Shown here one piece after another: positions 19,474-30,088 of a DNA stretch of 64,000 nt. How positions within the stretch are numbered: position 1 is the stretch's first letter; the number at the start of each line of letters is the position of its first letter. Position numbers and translations under genes: made by a program. Source of the DNA: an uncultured Chloroflexia bacterium (GTDB taxonomy: Bacteria; Chloroflexota; Limnocylindria; Limnocylindrales; CSP1-4); the NCBI GenBank assembly GCA_963763775.1, contig CAVXPZ010000001.1:736001-800000 (forward strand), written 5' to 3'. The notes under the pieces were generated by a model. It was not told the origin of the DNA, searched no databases, and was given only the letters and a program-made list of their open reading frames with translations.

Positions 19474-20970
19474 TCAGTCGCCCCGCAGGTAGCGGGTCAT
19501 GAGGTCGCCGGCGATCGGGGCAGCGACCTCGCCGCCACGTCCCGCCTGCTCGACGATGACGGCGATGGCGACGGTCGGCGCCTCGGCCGGGGCGAACCCG
19601 ATGAACCACGAATGCGGTTCGCCGGTCCCGCCCAGCTCGGCCGTCCCGGACTTGCCCGCGGTGGTCACCCCCGGGACCTTGGCGCCGGACGTGAACCGGC
19701 CACCGAGCGGGCCCTCCACCGCCTGGACCATCGCCGCGTTGATCTCGCGGGCCTCGGCTGCGGGCAAGACCTCGGCCATCCGGCTTGGCGAGATCGTCCG
19801 TGTGCCGCTCTGCTTGCCGGTCAGCCCGGTCACGAGGTGCGGGCTCATGAGGACCCCGTCATCCGCGACCGTGGACGCGACGAGCGCCATCTGGAGCGGT
19901 GTCACGAAGGTCTCCGCCTGCCCGTAGGCCGCATTGGCGAGCTCCACGTCATCGGTGAAGCCGCCGGGCTCGGGGCCGTCGCCGCCGGTCACCTGCGAGA
20001 CCGAGGTCGGGAGATCGAACGGGATCGGCGCATCGAAGCCCATGCGCTCAGCGTACCGGACGAGCTCCGCGCCGCCCGTCTTGAGTCCCGTCAGCGCGTA
20101 CCAGATGTTGCACGAGACCTCCGTCGCGTGGAGGAAGTCGAGCGCGGTCGAGCCGGTCTCCGGGTGATGGCCGTCGCGGACCCGGAAGCCATCGACCAAC
20201 AGGCCGGTCTTCTCAGCCTTGGGCTGTTCCTTGTACGTCGTCGCGGGCGTGACCGCGCCCGAGCCGATGCCCGCGATCGCGGTGACGATCTTGAACACCG
20301 ACCCGGGCACATACCGGCCGATGGTGGCGCGCGGCAGGAGCGGCTGGTCCGGATCGTCGATGAGCCCCTCGAACGTCTTCACCGACGTCGTCGGATCGGC
20401 GATGGCCGAGGCGTCGTACGTCGGCGTCGACGCGAGGGCGAGGATCTCGCCCGTCCGCGGGTCGAGCATCACGACGGCGCCCTTGTGCTTGCCGAGGGCC
20501 CGCACGGCGGCGCGCTGGAGGTCGAGCGACAGCGAGAGCGTCAGGGACTTCGGGTCGTACGGCGTGGCCCCGAACTTGCGCAGCGCGTCGGCGACCGGAT
20601 CGCCGGCCAGACCGGCGAGCTCCGCGTCGTACGAGCGCTCGAGCCCGGCCCGACCGTACCGCCGCGACGCATACCCCACGACCTGGCTGATCGCATCGCC
20701 GGCGTAGACCCGGTAGTACTCGCCGTTCGCATCCTTCTCGTTCCGTGCGAGGACCTTGCCGTCCCGGTCGAGGATCCGGCCGCGCGGCACGGTGCGCGCG
20801 GCCGCGACCACCGCCGGGTCGTAGGGCGACCGGACGAGTTCCGGCGCGCGCACGACGCCCCAATAGCCGAGGGCCGCCGCCAGGGTCCCGAAGCCGAGGG
20901 ACAGGACGATCGCGACGTGCATGATCCCGCGACCGAGCGGACGCCGGGTGGTCTCGATGGTTCGCGTCAT
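19474..20970 (-). CDS. pbpA: Class B penicillin-binding protein (PbpA-like transpeptidase)
   Basis: N-terminal TM, RGRILDR, SVFK (SxxK), SCN (SxN), KSG (KTG-type). Confidence 0.92.
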   Translation of the reverse strand: MTRTIETTRRPLGRGIMHVAIVLSLGFGTLAAALGYWGVVRAPELVRSPYDPAVVAAARTVPRGRILDRDGKVLARNEKDANGEYYRVYAGDAISQVVGYASRRYGRAGLERSYDAELAGLAGDPVADALRKFGATPYDPKSLTLSLSLDLQRAAVRALGKHKGAVVMLDPRTGEILALASTPTYDASAIADPTTSVKTFEGLIDDPDQPLLPRATIGRYVPGSVFKIVTAIAGIGSGAVTPATTYKEQPKAEKTGLLVDGFRVRDGHHPETGSTALDFLHATEVSCNIWYALTGLKTGGAELVRYAERMGFDAPIPFDLPTSVSQVTGGDGPEPGGFTDDVELANAAYGQAETFVTPLQMALVASTVADDGVLMSPHLVTGLTGKQSGTRTISPSRMAEVLPAAEAREINAAMVQAVEGPLGGRFTSGAKVPGVTTAGKSGTAELGGTGEPHSWFIGFAPAEAPTVAIAVIVEQAGRGGEVAAPIAGDLMTRYLRGD

Positions 20971-22409
20971 GCGGCAGCCCGGCGACCGAAGCGTCGCCAG
21001 CGTCGAGGAGCGGCGGGCGGTGGCGGTGGCTCGACCCCCTTGTCGGACAGGGCGAGCAGGAGCCCGATGACGAGGGCATTCGCCAGCAGCGACGAGCCGC
21101 CGTAGCTGATGAACGGAAGCGTCACGCCGGTCAGCGGCAGGACCTTGAGGTTCCCGGCCGCGATGATGAAGGCCTGGATCCCGATGACGAGCGACAACCC
21201 GATCGCGAGCAGCGCCCGGAAGTCGTCCGCCGCGGCCGCTCCGATGCGCAGGCCTCGCTCCACGACGACGAGGAACAGCCCCAGGATCGCCAGCACCCCC
21301 ACGATCCCGAGTTCCTCACCGAGCGCGGCCAGCGGGAAGTCCGTGTGGATCTCGGGGATCGGGAGGTTGCCGCTGACCTCGGGCAGGCCGGCACCGAACC
21401 CGACCCCGAGGAGGCCGCCGCGCGCGAACGCATGGAGCGCCTGGACGACCTGGTACCCGGTTCCCAGCGGGTCGGCGAACGGGTCGAGCCAGACGTCGAT
21501 CCGCACGCGGACGTGCTCGAACAGCTGGGCCATGAGGAAGCTGCCGAGCACGAACAGGACGAGGCCGATGATGACGAGGCTCACGCGACCGGTCGCGACA
21601 TAGACGAGCGCGAGGAAGACGCCGAAGAACAGCAGGGCCGCGCCGAGGTCGCGCTGGACCACCACGATGAGCAGGGCGATCGCCCACATCGCCACCATCG
21701 GGGCGAGGTACGGCAGCGGCGGCAGCCGCAGCGGCCCCACACGGGTGTCCTGCTCCACCAGGAGCGGGCGGTTCTCCGAGAGGTACCCGGCGAGGAAGAC
21801 GACGAGGATCACCTTGAGGAGCTCCGACGGCTGGCCGCCCAACGGGCCGACCTGGAGCGTGAGGCGCGTCCCGTTGATCTCGGTCCCGAGGACGAACGTG
21901 AGCAGCAGGAGGCCGACGCCGGCGGCGGCCCACGTGTACTTGTAGCGGCGCAGCCACGCATCGGACCGAACGACGATGCCGAGGGTCGTCGCGATGGCGA
22001 TGGCGAGGAGCAGCCACACGAGCTGGACCTGGGCGAGCCCGACGGTCTGGCCGAACCAGGTCTGTGTGACCAGGTCCTGCGGCAGCCGCTCCATCAACAG
22101 GAGGGAGATCCCGCCGAGCAGCCCCACCACCGGCAGGAGGACCTGGTCGGTCCGGCGTCCGGCGAGCACCTGCGCGAGATGCGAGGCCGCCAGCGCCCCG
22201 AGGTAGACGGCCATCGCCGCCGGGTCCGCGAGCGCGAGTCTCCCCTCGACGGTCGTTCCCAGCGACAGGCTCCCGACCACCAGGGTGATCCCGACCAGGA
22301 TGAGGAGCCGCCCTTCCTCCCCGCGCGGCCGTGGGCGGATCCGGCTCAGCGCTCGGGGCAGGGCTGGCGTCGTGCGCCGTGGCGTCGCCTCGGGTGTCGC
22401 CGCCGTCAT
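20967..22409 (-). CDS. rodA: SEDS family peptidoglycan polymerase (RodA/FtsW)
   Basis: QPSELLK, QRDLG, WLDPF, GYQ, HTDF..LGEELG, PLTGVTLPFISYGGSS. Confidence 0.92.
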   Translation of the reverse strand: MTAATPEATPRRTTPALPRALSRIRPRPRGEEGRLLILVGITLVVGSLSLGTTVEGRLALADPAAMAVYLGALAASHLAQVLAGRRTDQVLLPVVGLLGGISLLLMERLPQDLVTQTWFGQTVGLAQVQLVWLLLAIAIATTLGIVVRSDAWLRRYKYTWAAAGVGLLLLTFVLGTEINGTRLTLQVGPLGGQPSELLKVILVVFLAGYLSENRPLLVEQDTRVGPLRLPPLPYLAPMVAMWAIALLIVVVQRDLGAALLFFGVFLALVYVATGRVSLVIIGLVLFVLGSFLMAQLFEHVRVRIDVWLDPFADPLGTGYQVVQALHAFARGGLLGVGFGAGLPEVSGNLPIPEIHTDFPLAALGEELGIVGVLAILGLFLVVVERGLRIGAAAADDFRALLAIGLSLVIGIQAFIIAAGNLKVLPLTGVTLPFISYGGSSLLANALVIGLLLALSDKGVEPPPPPAAPRRWRRFGRRAAA

Positions 22410-22843
22410 CGGCGCGCCCGCTCGAGGCGCAGGCGGACCTGCCCGATCTGGATCTCGTCGCCGAACGTCAGCGGCGACACGCCCTCGACCGGCGAGCCGT
22501 TGATGAAGGAGCCGTTCGTGCTGCCGAGATCCTCCAGGTACCAGCCGCGACCTCGGAACGTCAGGATCGCGTGCTCGGCGGACGCGAACGGGTCGTCGAC
22601 GACGATCGAGTTGTTCACGTCGCGCCCGAGCGTGGTGATGGCATCGAGCGAGATCGCCGAACCGGCGGGCGGCTCACCGTCTGGCGAGGCGACGACCACG
22701 AGCCGCCCGAGCTCCGAGGCGCGCTCGCGCGTCGCGGCACCCAGGTCCCGCAGCAGGGCCCGGACGACGCGGTAGAGGAAGACGTAGAGGAGTCCGAGGA
22801 AGAGGATCCGGAGCAGCCAAAGGACGATGAGGATCCCGTCCAT
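22406..22843 (-). CDS. TM + FHA domain protein (FhaB/FipA-like)
   Basis: N-terminal TM LRILFLGLLYVFL; FHA motifs LGR, S.EHA, DLGSTNG. Confidence 0.9.
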   Translation of the reverse strand: MDGILIVLWLLRILFLGLLYVFLYRVVRALLRDLGAATRERASELGRLVVVASPDGEPPAGSAISLDAITTLGRDVNNSIVVDDPFASAEHAILTFRGRGWYLEDLGSTNGSFINGSPVEGVSPLTFGDEIQIGQVRLRLERARR

Positions 22844-23622
22844 CAGGACGGGGCCTCGTCCACCTCGACCTCGAGTGTCGTGGAACCGACGTGGATGCGG
22901 TCGCCGGCCCCCAGCACGACCTCGGTCACGCGATGGCCGTTGACCTCGGATCCGTTCGTGCTCTCGAGGTCGCTGTAGACCAGCGTGCCGCGTCGGCCGG
23001 CGATCCGTCCGTGGTGCCGAGAGACGCGCTCGTCGCGGAGCACGAGGTCGTTGTCGGTGGCGCGTCCGATGGTGACGCCCGCCCCGATCCCCACTTCGCG
23101 CGTCGCGCCGGACCCGTCCGTCACGCGGAGGCGCGCGCGCGGCGCGCTCGGCCGCGGCACCGCGAAGACCATGGTCGCGAGCGGGTCGGTCAGGTCACCC
23201 GGGGCCTCGACCCCCGCGCTGCTGTCCTCCGGCGGTCGGACGCGGCCGCCGATCGGGTCGGCGAATCGCGCGTCGACGCGGATATCCGACCGCTCGACGG
23301 CGGGATCCGCGAGCAGGTCGACCCGAGGGCGGTCGACCAGCGTGTAGTGATGCGCCCGCGCGAACAGCAGCGCGGCATCCGCGAGCTCGGTGGCGAGCGA
23401 TCGCTCGATGTCCTCGAACCCGGCCAGATCGGACGGGTGGAGGTGCACCACGAACCGGTTCGGCACGAGCGTCCGGTCCGACGCCGCCAGTCGTTCGGCC
23501 TCCATCGCGCGCTCGATGCGACGTTGTACCTGGACGGGCTGGAGTCGGGTCCGGAACAGCCGGGCGGACGGGCGCTCGAAGAGGCGTTCGAAGAACCGCT
23601 CGATGGCGGCTAGCGGCGGCAT
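22843..23622 (-). CDS. DUF3662 + FHA domain protein (FhaA-like)
   Basis: LQPVQV..RAME, VPNRFVVHL; FHA motifs IGR, VSRHHG, DLESTNG. Confidence 0.9.
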   Translation of the reverse strand: MPPLAAIERFFERLFERPSARLFRTRLQPVQVQRRIERAMEAERLAASDRTLVPNRFVVHLHPSDLAGFEDIERSLATELADAALLFARAHHYTLVDRPRVDLLADPAVERSDIRVDARFADPIGGRVRPPEDSSAGVEAPGDLTDPLATMVFAVPRPSAPRARLRVTDGSGATREVGIGAGVTIGRATDNDLVLRDERVSRHHGRIAGRRGTLVYSDLESTNGSEVNGHRVTEVVLGAGDRIHVGSTTLEVEVDEAPS

Positions 23623-23806
23623 GGTCGGTGGCGGAGGCTACCACAGGGCCGCGAAATACCCGGCCAAGAAGGTGGTGCGCCCCGGGACCATCCGCGATAT
23701 GGCCCGGTACCCCCGTCGGGGGAACGCTGGAACCCCTGGGATATACTCTCGGCCCTGTTCGGACGGTCCCGATCGTCCTTGCATGTCCGACGCGCACCGG
23801 GGCACC

Positions 23807-25943
23807 ATGACCGAGATCCTGACCGAATCCTTCTGCGAACGATGTGGCTCACGCTACACGTTCGAGTCCGCGGTCCCCAAAGACCGTCTGCGGAAAGTCA
23901 AGGTGCTTTCGCGCGGTCTGAAGACGTTCGTGCTGGACGACAAGACGTCCATGGACGAGGCGATGGCGGCCGCCCGGAGCGACACGGACCGAGCGGTCAC
24001 GTCCTCGCAGCTCGACGCGTTCCACAAGACCTTCAACTTCTGCATGCAGTGCCGGCAGTACACGTGCCCGAACTGCTGGAACGAGGAGGAGGGTCGCTGC
24101 CTCACGTGTGCGCCCAACCTGAGCCGGGAGATCCTCCCGGCCCCGTTCCCCGATCTCCAGCCGGCCAACGGCCTGGGCGCCGCCGCGATCGCGACGAACG
24201 GGGCGCTCGGGACCCCCGCCGCGTCGGCGAACGGCGCCGCCGGTTCCAATGGCACAGCCACGAACGGCACGAACGGCACCAACGGCCATGCGCCCGATGA
24301 CGGCCTGTACGGCCTCGACGCGATCGCCCGCCTGGACGCGCTGTCCGGCTACACCGCCCCGGTCGTCGCGGACGAGCCGGTCGTCGCGTCCGAGCCGGTC
24401 GCGGCCACCGAGGTCGATGAGCCGACCGTCCTGGCCATCGCCGACGAGCCGATCGTCGCGGCCGAACCTGTCGCGGAACCGGTCGTTTCGCCGTCGATCG
24501 TCGTCGAACCGCCGGTCGCGCAGATCGCCGACGAGCCGATCGCCGATGTGGCGCTGTCCGAGCCGACCGTCGACGCCGTCGCGGAGCCCGTCGTCGACGA
24601 CGCCGCGCCCGAGCCGATCGCCGCCATCGCCGACGGTCGCGGGGCCCGTCGCCACCGAGTCGCCGGTCGCCGAGACGGCGGTCCCGGAAGCCGCGGTCCC
24701 GGAAGCCGTGGTCGAGGCCACCGTCGCCGAACCGGTCGTCGAAGTGGTCGGGGCCGACGCCGTCACGGAGCCGGTCATCGAGCCGCTCGACGACCTCGTG
24801 TTCGAAGCCGATCTCAGCGGGATCGTCCCGCCGACCGACAACGCCATCGAGGAGGTCGTCCTCGACCTGACGCCGGACGCCGCGCCCGCGGCCACGGTCC
24901 AGACCACCGAGGTGGAACCCTTCGTCGTCGCCACCCAGGCACCCGACCTGGACCAGGACGGGACGGATGCGCGCGCGGCCGCCGCGGCCGCAGCGACGAG
25001 CGCCATGTTCGCAGGCCTGCGACCCGGGCAGAGCCTCGACGACGCGATCGATGCCTACGAGCGAGACGAGCCGACGTCGGAGCCGACGGAGGCGTCCTCG
25101 GAGCCGCTGAGCGACCTCCCCGTCGCGACCGAGCTGGAGATGCTCGCTGCCGAACCCGAACCCGTGATCGGGACCGCCGACGTCGACCTCCCGGTGGCCG
25201 CGTCCGCCCCAGAGCCCGGGCCGGTCGTCGCCGCCGCGGAGCCGGAGCCGGTCCTGGGGCCCGAAGCGGCGCCCGAACCCGTCGTCGAAGCGGTGGAGCT
25301 CGAGGCCGTCGCCGCGGATCCGGCGCTGGTCGTCCCCATCGCGGGACCGGAGCCCGAACCCGTCGCTGCGGAGCCCGTCGCGAACGAGCCTGAGCCGGTC
25401 GCCGCCGAGCCCGAGCCGGTGGCCGCGATCGCGCCGCTCGTCGCCGCGGAACTCCTTGTCGCGCCGGAGCCCCCGGTGGTCGTGCCGGAGCCCCCGGTGG
25501 TCGCGCCGGAGCCCGCGGTGGTCACGGCGGAGTCCCCGGTCGCCGCGCCCGCCGTCGAGCCCATCGCGGCCACGCTCGCGACCGAGCCCGGCGTCGCGGC
25601 ACCGGCCGCGGACGTCGTCGCCCAGCCGACATGGACGATCGTCGCGCCCGATCCGACCGCGACCAACGGCGCCGCCGCACCCGCGCCGACGGCCGAGCCG
25701 GAATGGCCGACGACACCACAGTGGCCGTCGCAGAAGACGTCGCCCGGCCTGCCGTTCCTCGGGCGGCCCGCTGTCCCGACCGGCGGCGTCGATGCCCTGT
25801 GGGCCGCCTCCGATCAGGCGGTCACCGCCACTCCCGGCAACGATCGCGCTCCCGCGGTGGTGCAGGCCTGCGTCAGCTGCGGCCTGTCACTCTCCGCCAC
25901 CGCCCGCTTCTGCCGGCGCTGCGGGACCGCCCAGCACGCCTGA
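23807..25943 (+). CDS. Large protein with N-terminal Cys-rich Zn-binding region, long acidic Pro/Glu/Ala/Val linker and C-terminal double zinc ribbon; frameshift near 24640
   Basis: CERC, CMQC, CPNC, CLTC in the first frame; EP-rich repeats continue in the second frame, ending CVSC...CRRC. Confidence 0.7.
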
Positions 25944-26778
25944 GGCGGCGTCGTTCCGGACGTGCACCCACGCGGCCCCATAGAGCAGCGTCTGGAAGGT
26001 GAATGACAGCCAGGCCAGCGCGATGAAGGCCGCCGCGAGCGATCCCGCCAGCACCACCGAGCCGACGAGCCTCGGGACCAGGAACGTGAAGATCTGCGCC
26101 AGCACGACGATCGCGAGACCGACGACCACCGCCGGGACCCGGATCGCCTGCCACGTCGGCGCTTCGGGCGGCATCACCCGGTAGAGGAACATCACGGTCG
26201 AGACCGAGAAGATCGTCAGCGCCAGCGGGCGAGGTGGCGATCGCCGAGATCCGGCTCGCGACCGGCATCGTGGTGGGGATCAGCGAGTCGAACACCGTCG
26301 CGAGTGCGCCGAGCACGAGGAGCACGACGACCACCCCCAGCAGGATCGCGACCCACAGGAAGCCGCGTGCCGTTCGACGGACGATGTCGCGCTCCGGGTG
26401 ATCGGAGAAGATCCGCGCGAACGCGACATCGAGCGCCCCCTGGAACTGGCTCACCGTCCACACGAGGCCGATGAGGCCGACGATCGAGGTGAGGGCCGCC
26501 GCGTCCGTGATCGACGCGAGGATGGCGTCGAGCAGTTCGCGCAACGGCGGGAAGGCCGCCGCGAGCGCGTCGACGAGTGCCTGCTGGACCGCCGCGTCCC
26601 CGGCCAGCCAGCCGGCAAGACCCAGCACGAGCAGCACGGTCGGGATGACCGCGAAGAGCGCCGAGAAGGCCAGCCCGTTGGCGAGCAACCCGCCCGCGGC
26701 CCGGCCGTAGGTGTCCAGGACCGCCCGCACGAACGCGACCCGAGGTCGATCCAGGAACCGCTCGAGGACGGCCGTCAC
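25887..26778 (-). CDS. YihY/virulence factor BrkB family membrane protein; frameshift near 26220
   Basis: GGLLANGLAFSALFAVIP, multi-TM; C-terminal YRVMP...WLSFTFQTLLYGA in the second frame. Confidence 0.8.
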
Positions 26779-26795
26779 GTCCGTCGCGTCGGGCC

Positions 26796-27035
26796 TCAGC
26801 GGTCCAGGTCCTCGAAGAGGACGGGCTGGAGGTCGGCAGAGCGGACCCGCCGCGGCGCGGCGATCAGCGCCCTGATCTCGCCCCGCCGGACGTAGCGGCG
26901 GCCGCCCAGCTTGATGCTCTGGAGGCGCCCGGCACGCGCCCACCCGCCGATCGTGGAGGGCGTGAAGTGGACGTTCGCGGCGGCGAGGATCTCGGCGGCC
27001 TCGGCCAGGGTGATCCAGTCAGCCGCGGCAGGCAT
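26796..27035 (-). CDS. Small excisionase/MerR-like (HTH_17, BldC-like) DNA-binding protein
   Basis: WITLAEAAEIL...STIGGWARAGRLQSIKLGGRRYVRR. Confidence 0.75.
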   Translation of the reverse strand: MPAAADWITLAEAAEILAAANVHFTPSTIGGWARAGRLQSIKLGGRRYVRRGEIRALIAAPRRVRSADLQPVLFEDLDR

Positions 27036-27037
27036 CG

Positions 27038-27394
27038 TCAGTCGGTCGCGGAGGCGCCGCTCTTCGCCTCCGGCTTCGGGTCGGGCTTGGCGTCGCCCTT
27101 CTGGGAGGCCGAGTCGCCCTTGGACGATCCGCCACCGTCGGAACCGCCACCGGCACCACCTTCCGAGCTGCTCGTGCCTTCCGCGGTCGACTTGGACGAG
27201 CCCGGGGATGCGGTCGCGCGGCGCTCCTTCTTGGCCCAGCCGGAACCCTTGTAGTGGACCGCGGGCGCGGTGATGGCCTTGCGAACGGGTCCGCCGCCGC
27301 AGAGCGGGCAGGTCGTGGGGCTGTCGGCATGGACGCCGTGGATGACCTCGAATCGCCGGCCGCAGTTCGCGCAGTCGTAGTCGTAGAGCGGCAC
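27038..27394 (-). CDS. FmdB family zinc ribbon protein
   Basis: PLYDYDCANCG.RFE...CPLCGG...YKGSGW plus low-complexity tail. Confidence 0.9.
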   Translation of the reverse strand: MPLYDYDCANCGRRFEVIHGVHADSPTTCPLCGGGPVRKAITAPAVHYKGSGWAKKERRATASPGSSKSTAEGTSSSEGGAGGGSDGGGSSKGDSASQKGDAKPDPKPEAKSGASATD

Positions 27395-27411
27395 GACCCC
27401 GGTTCGCCCGC

Positions 27412-28170
27412 CTAGCCGCGAAGGAGGCGCATACCGCACTTCGGGCAGTAGAACGCCCGCTCGTGCGCCGAGGCGAAGCCGCAGTGGGCGCAGACGAGGC
27501 CGCCGCGGCCGGCGGCCGGGACCGGTCGCTCGATCGCCGCGATGCCCTGGGCGTACTGGCTCGCCAGGATGTTCGTGAGGATGCCGGCCAGCAGCTTGGC
27601 CCCGATGCGGTCCGTGTCGCCCCGGACGCCTCGACCGCCCCAGCCCACGACCGCCCGGCAGATCATGTCGCCGGTGGCCTCATCCCAGTGCGAGGCGACG
27701 CCGCCCAGGATGGCGTTGTACTCGGGGTAGCCGGCCGTGTCCACCTCGCCGTCGAGCAGCGCGCAGGCGAAGGTGTCGAACGCCAGGTCGACCGCATCGA
27801 TCGATTCGAGGACGACCAAGGCGTGGCGGGTGATCGGGGAGTGCACGTGATGGGCGTTGAGCCACTGCATGGCCTCCGACGGTCGGGCGATCGTCGGGGC
27901 GGCCTGGCTGAACTCGATCGGGAGGGGCTCGACGACCTCGATCTCGGACTTCGCGAGACCAGCGAGCATGCCCGGCAGCTCCGCCAGGGCTTTCGGCCCC
28001 GACTTCATCCGGACCCCTTCGCTGCTCTTGCCGGCGTAGTACAGCTTGAGCTGGTGGTCCTGCGCGACGACCTCTTCGGGCATCGTCAGCCCGGACGCGC
28101 TCGCGGGCGCCGCGGCGGCCTCGACCGGCACGTCGGTGTTACCGCGTTTCTTCAGGAACTCGAGCGGCAC
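27412..28170 (-). CDS. Hypothetical protein with C-terminal double zinc ribbon
   Basis: Starts VPLEFLKKRG after GGGAG; ends CAHCG...FYCPKCGMRL. Confidence 0.7.
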   Translation of the reverse strand: MPLEFLKKRGNTDVPVEAAAAPASASGLTMPEEVVAQDHQLKLYYAGKSSEGVRMKSGPKALAELPGMLAGLAKSEIEVVEPLPIEFSQAAPTIARPSEAMQWLNAHHVHSPITRHALVVLESIDAVDLAFDTFACALLDGEVDTAGYPEYNAILGGVASHWDEATGDMICRAVVGWGGRGVRGDTDRIGAKLLAGILTNILASQYAQGIAAIERPVPAAGRGGLVCAHCGFASAHERAFYCPKCGMRLLRG

Positions 28171-28222
28171 GTGGCATCTCCCCGATGAGCGACTGGCTCC
28201 CACGGCATGGTAGCAGCCCGAC

Positions 28223-29906
28223 TCAGCCCGCTTCGACCACCGACACGATGCCTTCGAACGGCCGGAGGGCGACGCGGGCGCCGCCGACGAGGCGATCCGG
28301 GGGGTCGCCGTGCGTCCCGGCGACCGGTCGCCAAGGCTGGCCGGCCCGACCCGGCACCGCGACTTCCGCGCCATCACGGCCGAAGGCCACCATGACCACG
28401 GAGGCCGGACCGGGGTCGTCCCGGATGAAGGCCAGGACCGTGGGATCTTCGACATGGACCAGGCGAAGTCGGCCCTCCTGGAGCGAGCGCAGCGTCCGCC
28501 GCGCCGTCAGCAGTCGCCGATAGCACGACAGCACGGAATCCGGATCGGCAGCCTGGGTCGCCACGTTTCGTCGGGCGACATCGTCGCCGAGCCGCAGCCA
28601 TGGCGGGCTTGCGCTGAATCCGCCATTCGGACCGTCGCCCCATGGCAGCGGCGTCCGCGCCTGCGAGCGGTCCCACCATGGGAAATCCGGACCCACGCGC
28701 GCCGCCGGGGGGTCGACGCTCTCGGCGGGCGGGATGGCGACATCGCCCATCCCGATCTCCTCGCCGTAGTAGAGGAACGGCGTCCCTCGAAGTGTGAGCA
28801 GGACCACGGCCGCCGCCTTCGCGACGGCGTCCCGATCCGAGGCAGGCAGCCCGGCCGAGGCGACGAGACGTGATGCCTGCCGCGGCTGGTCGTGGTTCGA
28901 CAGGACGACGGTCGGCCACCGGTCCGGTCCGAACGCCCGCTCGCGGCGACGGATCGCGGACGCGAACGACGCTGCAGACCACGGCCGGGTGAGCAGCTCC
29001 CAGTCGAAGACCAGGTGTCGGTCCGTCGTCAGTGCCGCGGCGCCCTCGGTCGTGCCGACGAAGAGCTCGCCGACCGACATGCGACCGCGATACTCGTCGA
29101 CGAGCGCCCGGAACCTCGTGAGCAACGCGGGCAGGTCCGGCTGGTCGATGTCGTACACGATGCACCTGACGCGTCCAGGCCGAGTCGCCGCGGCGAACCG
29201 GGTTCGAGCGCAGACCAGGGTCCTTGAGGAACACGTTGAAGGTGTCGAGCCTGAGTCCGTCCACCCCGCGGTCGAGCCAGCCCCGGACCATGTCGAACTG
29301 CGCTGCCTCCACCGCAGGCACTCGCCAGTCGATCTCCGGTTGCTCGGCGAGGAAGGTGTGGTGGTAGAACTGTCCGCGGCGCGGCTCGAAGGTCCACGCA
29401 GGCCCGCCGAACCACGAGACCCAGTTGTTCGGCGGGATGGGTCGGCCGGCCCCGTCGATGCCCTTGGGGTCTGCCCAGAGGTAGTCCGGCGAATGCGGTC
29501 CCGTCCGCGAAGCGCGCGACGCCGCGAACCACGGGTGTTCGTCACTCGTGTGGTTCATGACGAGATCGAGGACGATGCGGATCCCGCGGTGATGCGCTTC
29601 TGACACGAGCCGGTCGAAGTCGGCCTCGGTCCCGAACCGCGGGTCGACGCGCGCGTGGTCGCTGACGTCGTATCCGCCGTCCTTCCCGGGAGACGGATAG
29701 ATCGGCGAGAGCCAGATGGCGTCCACGCCGAGGCCGCTCGGGCCGAGGTGATCGAGGTGATCGATGATCCCCGGAAGGTCGCCCACGCCGTCGCCGTCGG
29801 CGTCCGAGAAGCTCCGCGGGTAGATCTGGTAGATCACCCCGCGACGCCACCAATCGTCCGGCCCGAAGGTCGCGGTCCGCTCCAGGACCCGTCCCGGCTC
29901 CGTCAA
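28223..29906 (-). CDS. GH13 alpha-glucosidase; frameshift near 29165
   Basis: WWRRGVIYQIYPRSF, GYDVSD, DLVMNHTS, PPNNW, GLRLDT (nucleophile), GE, SNHD, YYGEEIGM. Confidence 0.9.
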
Positions 29907-29988
29907 TGCCGACCTCTCGTGTCGAAGATCTGTCACTCGACTGTCACGCTCCGGCATCGGGCCGCGAAGCGAGCGTAGCGATTCGGTC

Positions 29989-30040
29989 TTGACAATGTAG
30001 CGCGCAGGCGTCATTGATACGCGTTACTGACACGCGTTAG
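29989..30040 (+). promoter_or_regulatory. lacI promoter region with tandem LacI-type operator-like sites
   Basis: TTGACA at 29989; TGATACGCGTTAC (30015-30027) and TGACACGCGTTAG (30028-30040), CG-centred quasi-palindromes. Confidence 0.5.
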
Positions 30041-30088
30041 TCGACCACGACGACACCGCGGCGTCAAGTGGAGGAGTCGGATCGACCC

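Noticed and set aside
26796-27035. Excisionase indicating an integrative element
   Set aside because: No integrase or att repeats nearby; the gene is embedded in a chromosomal operon.
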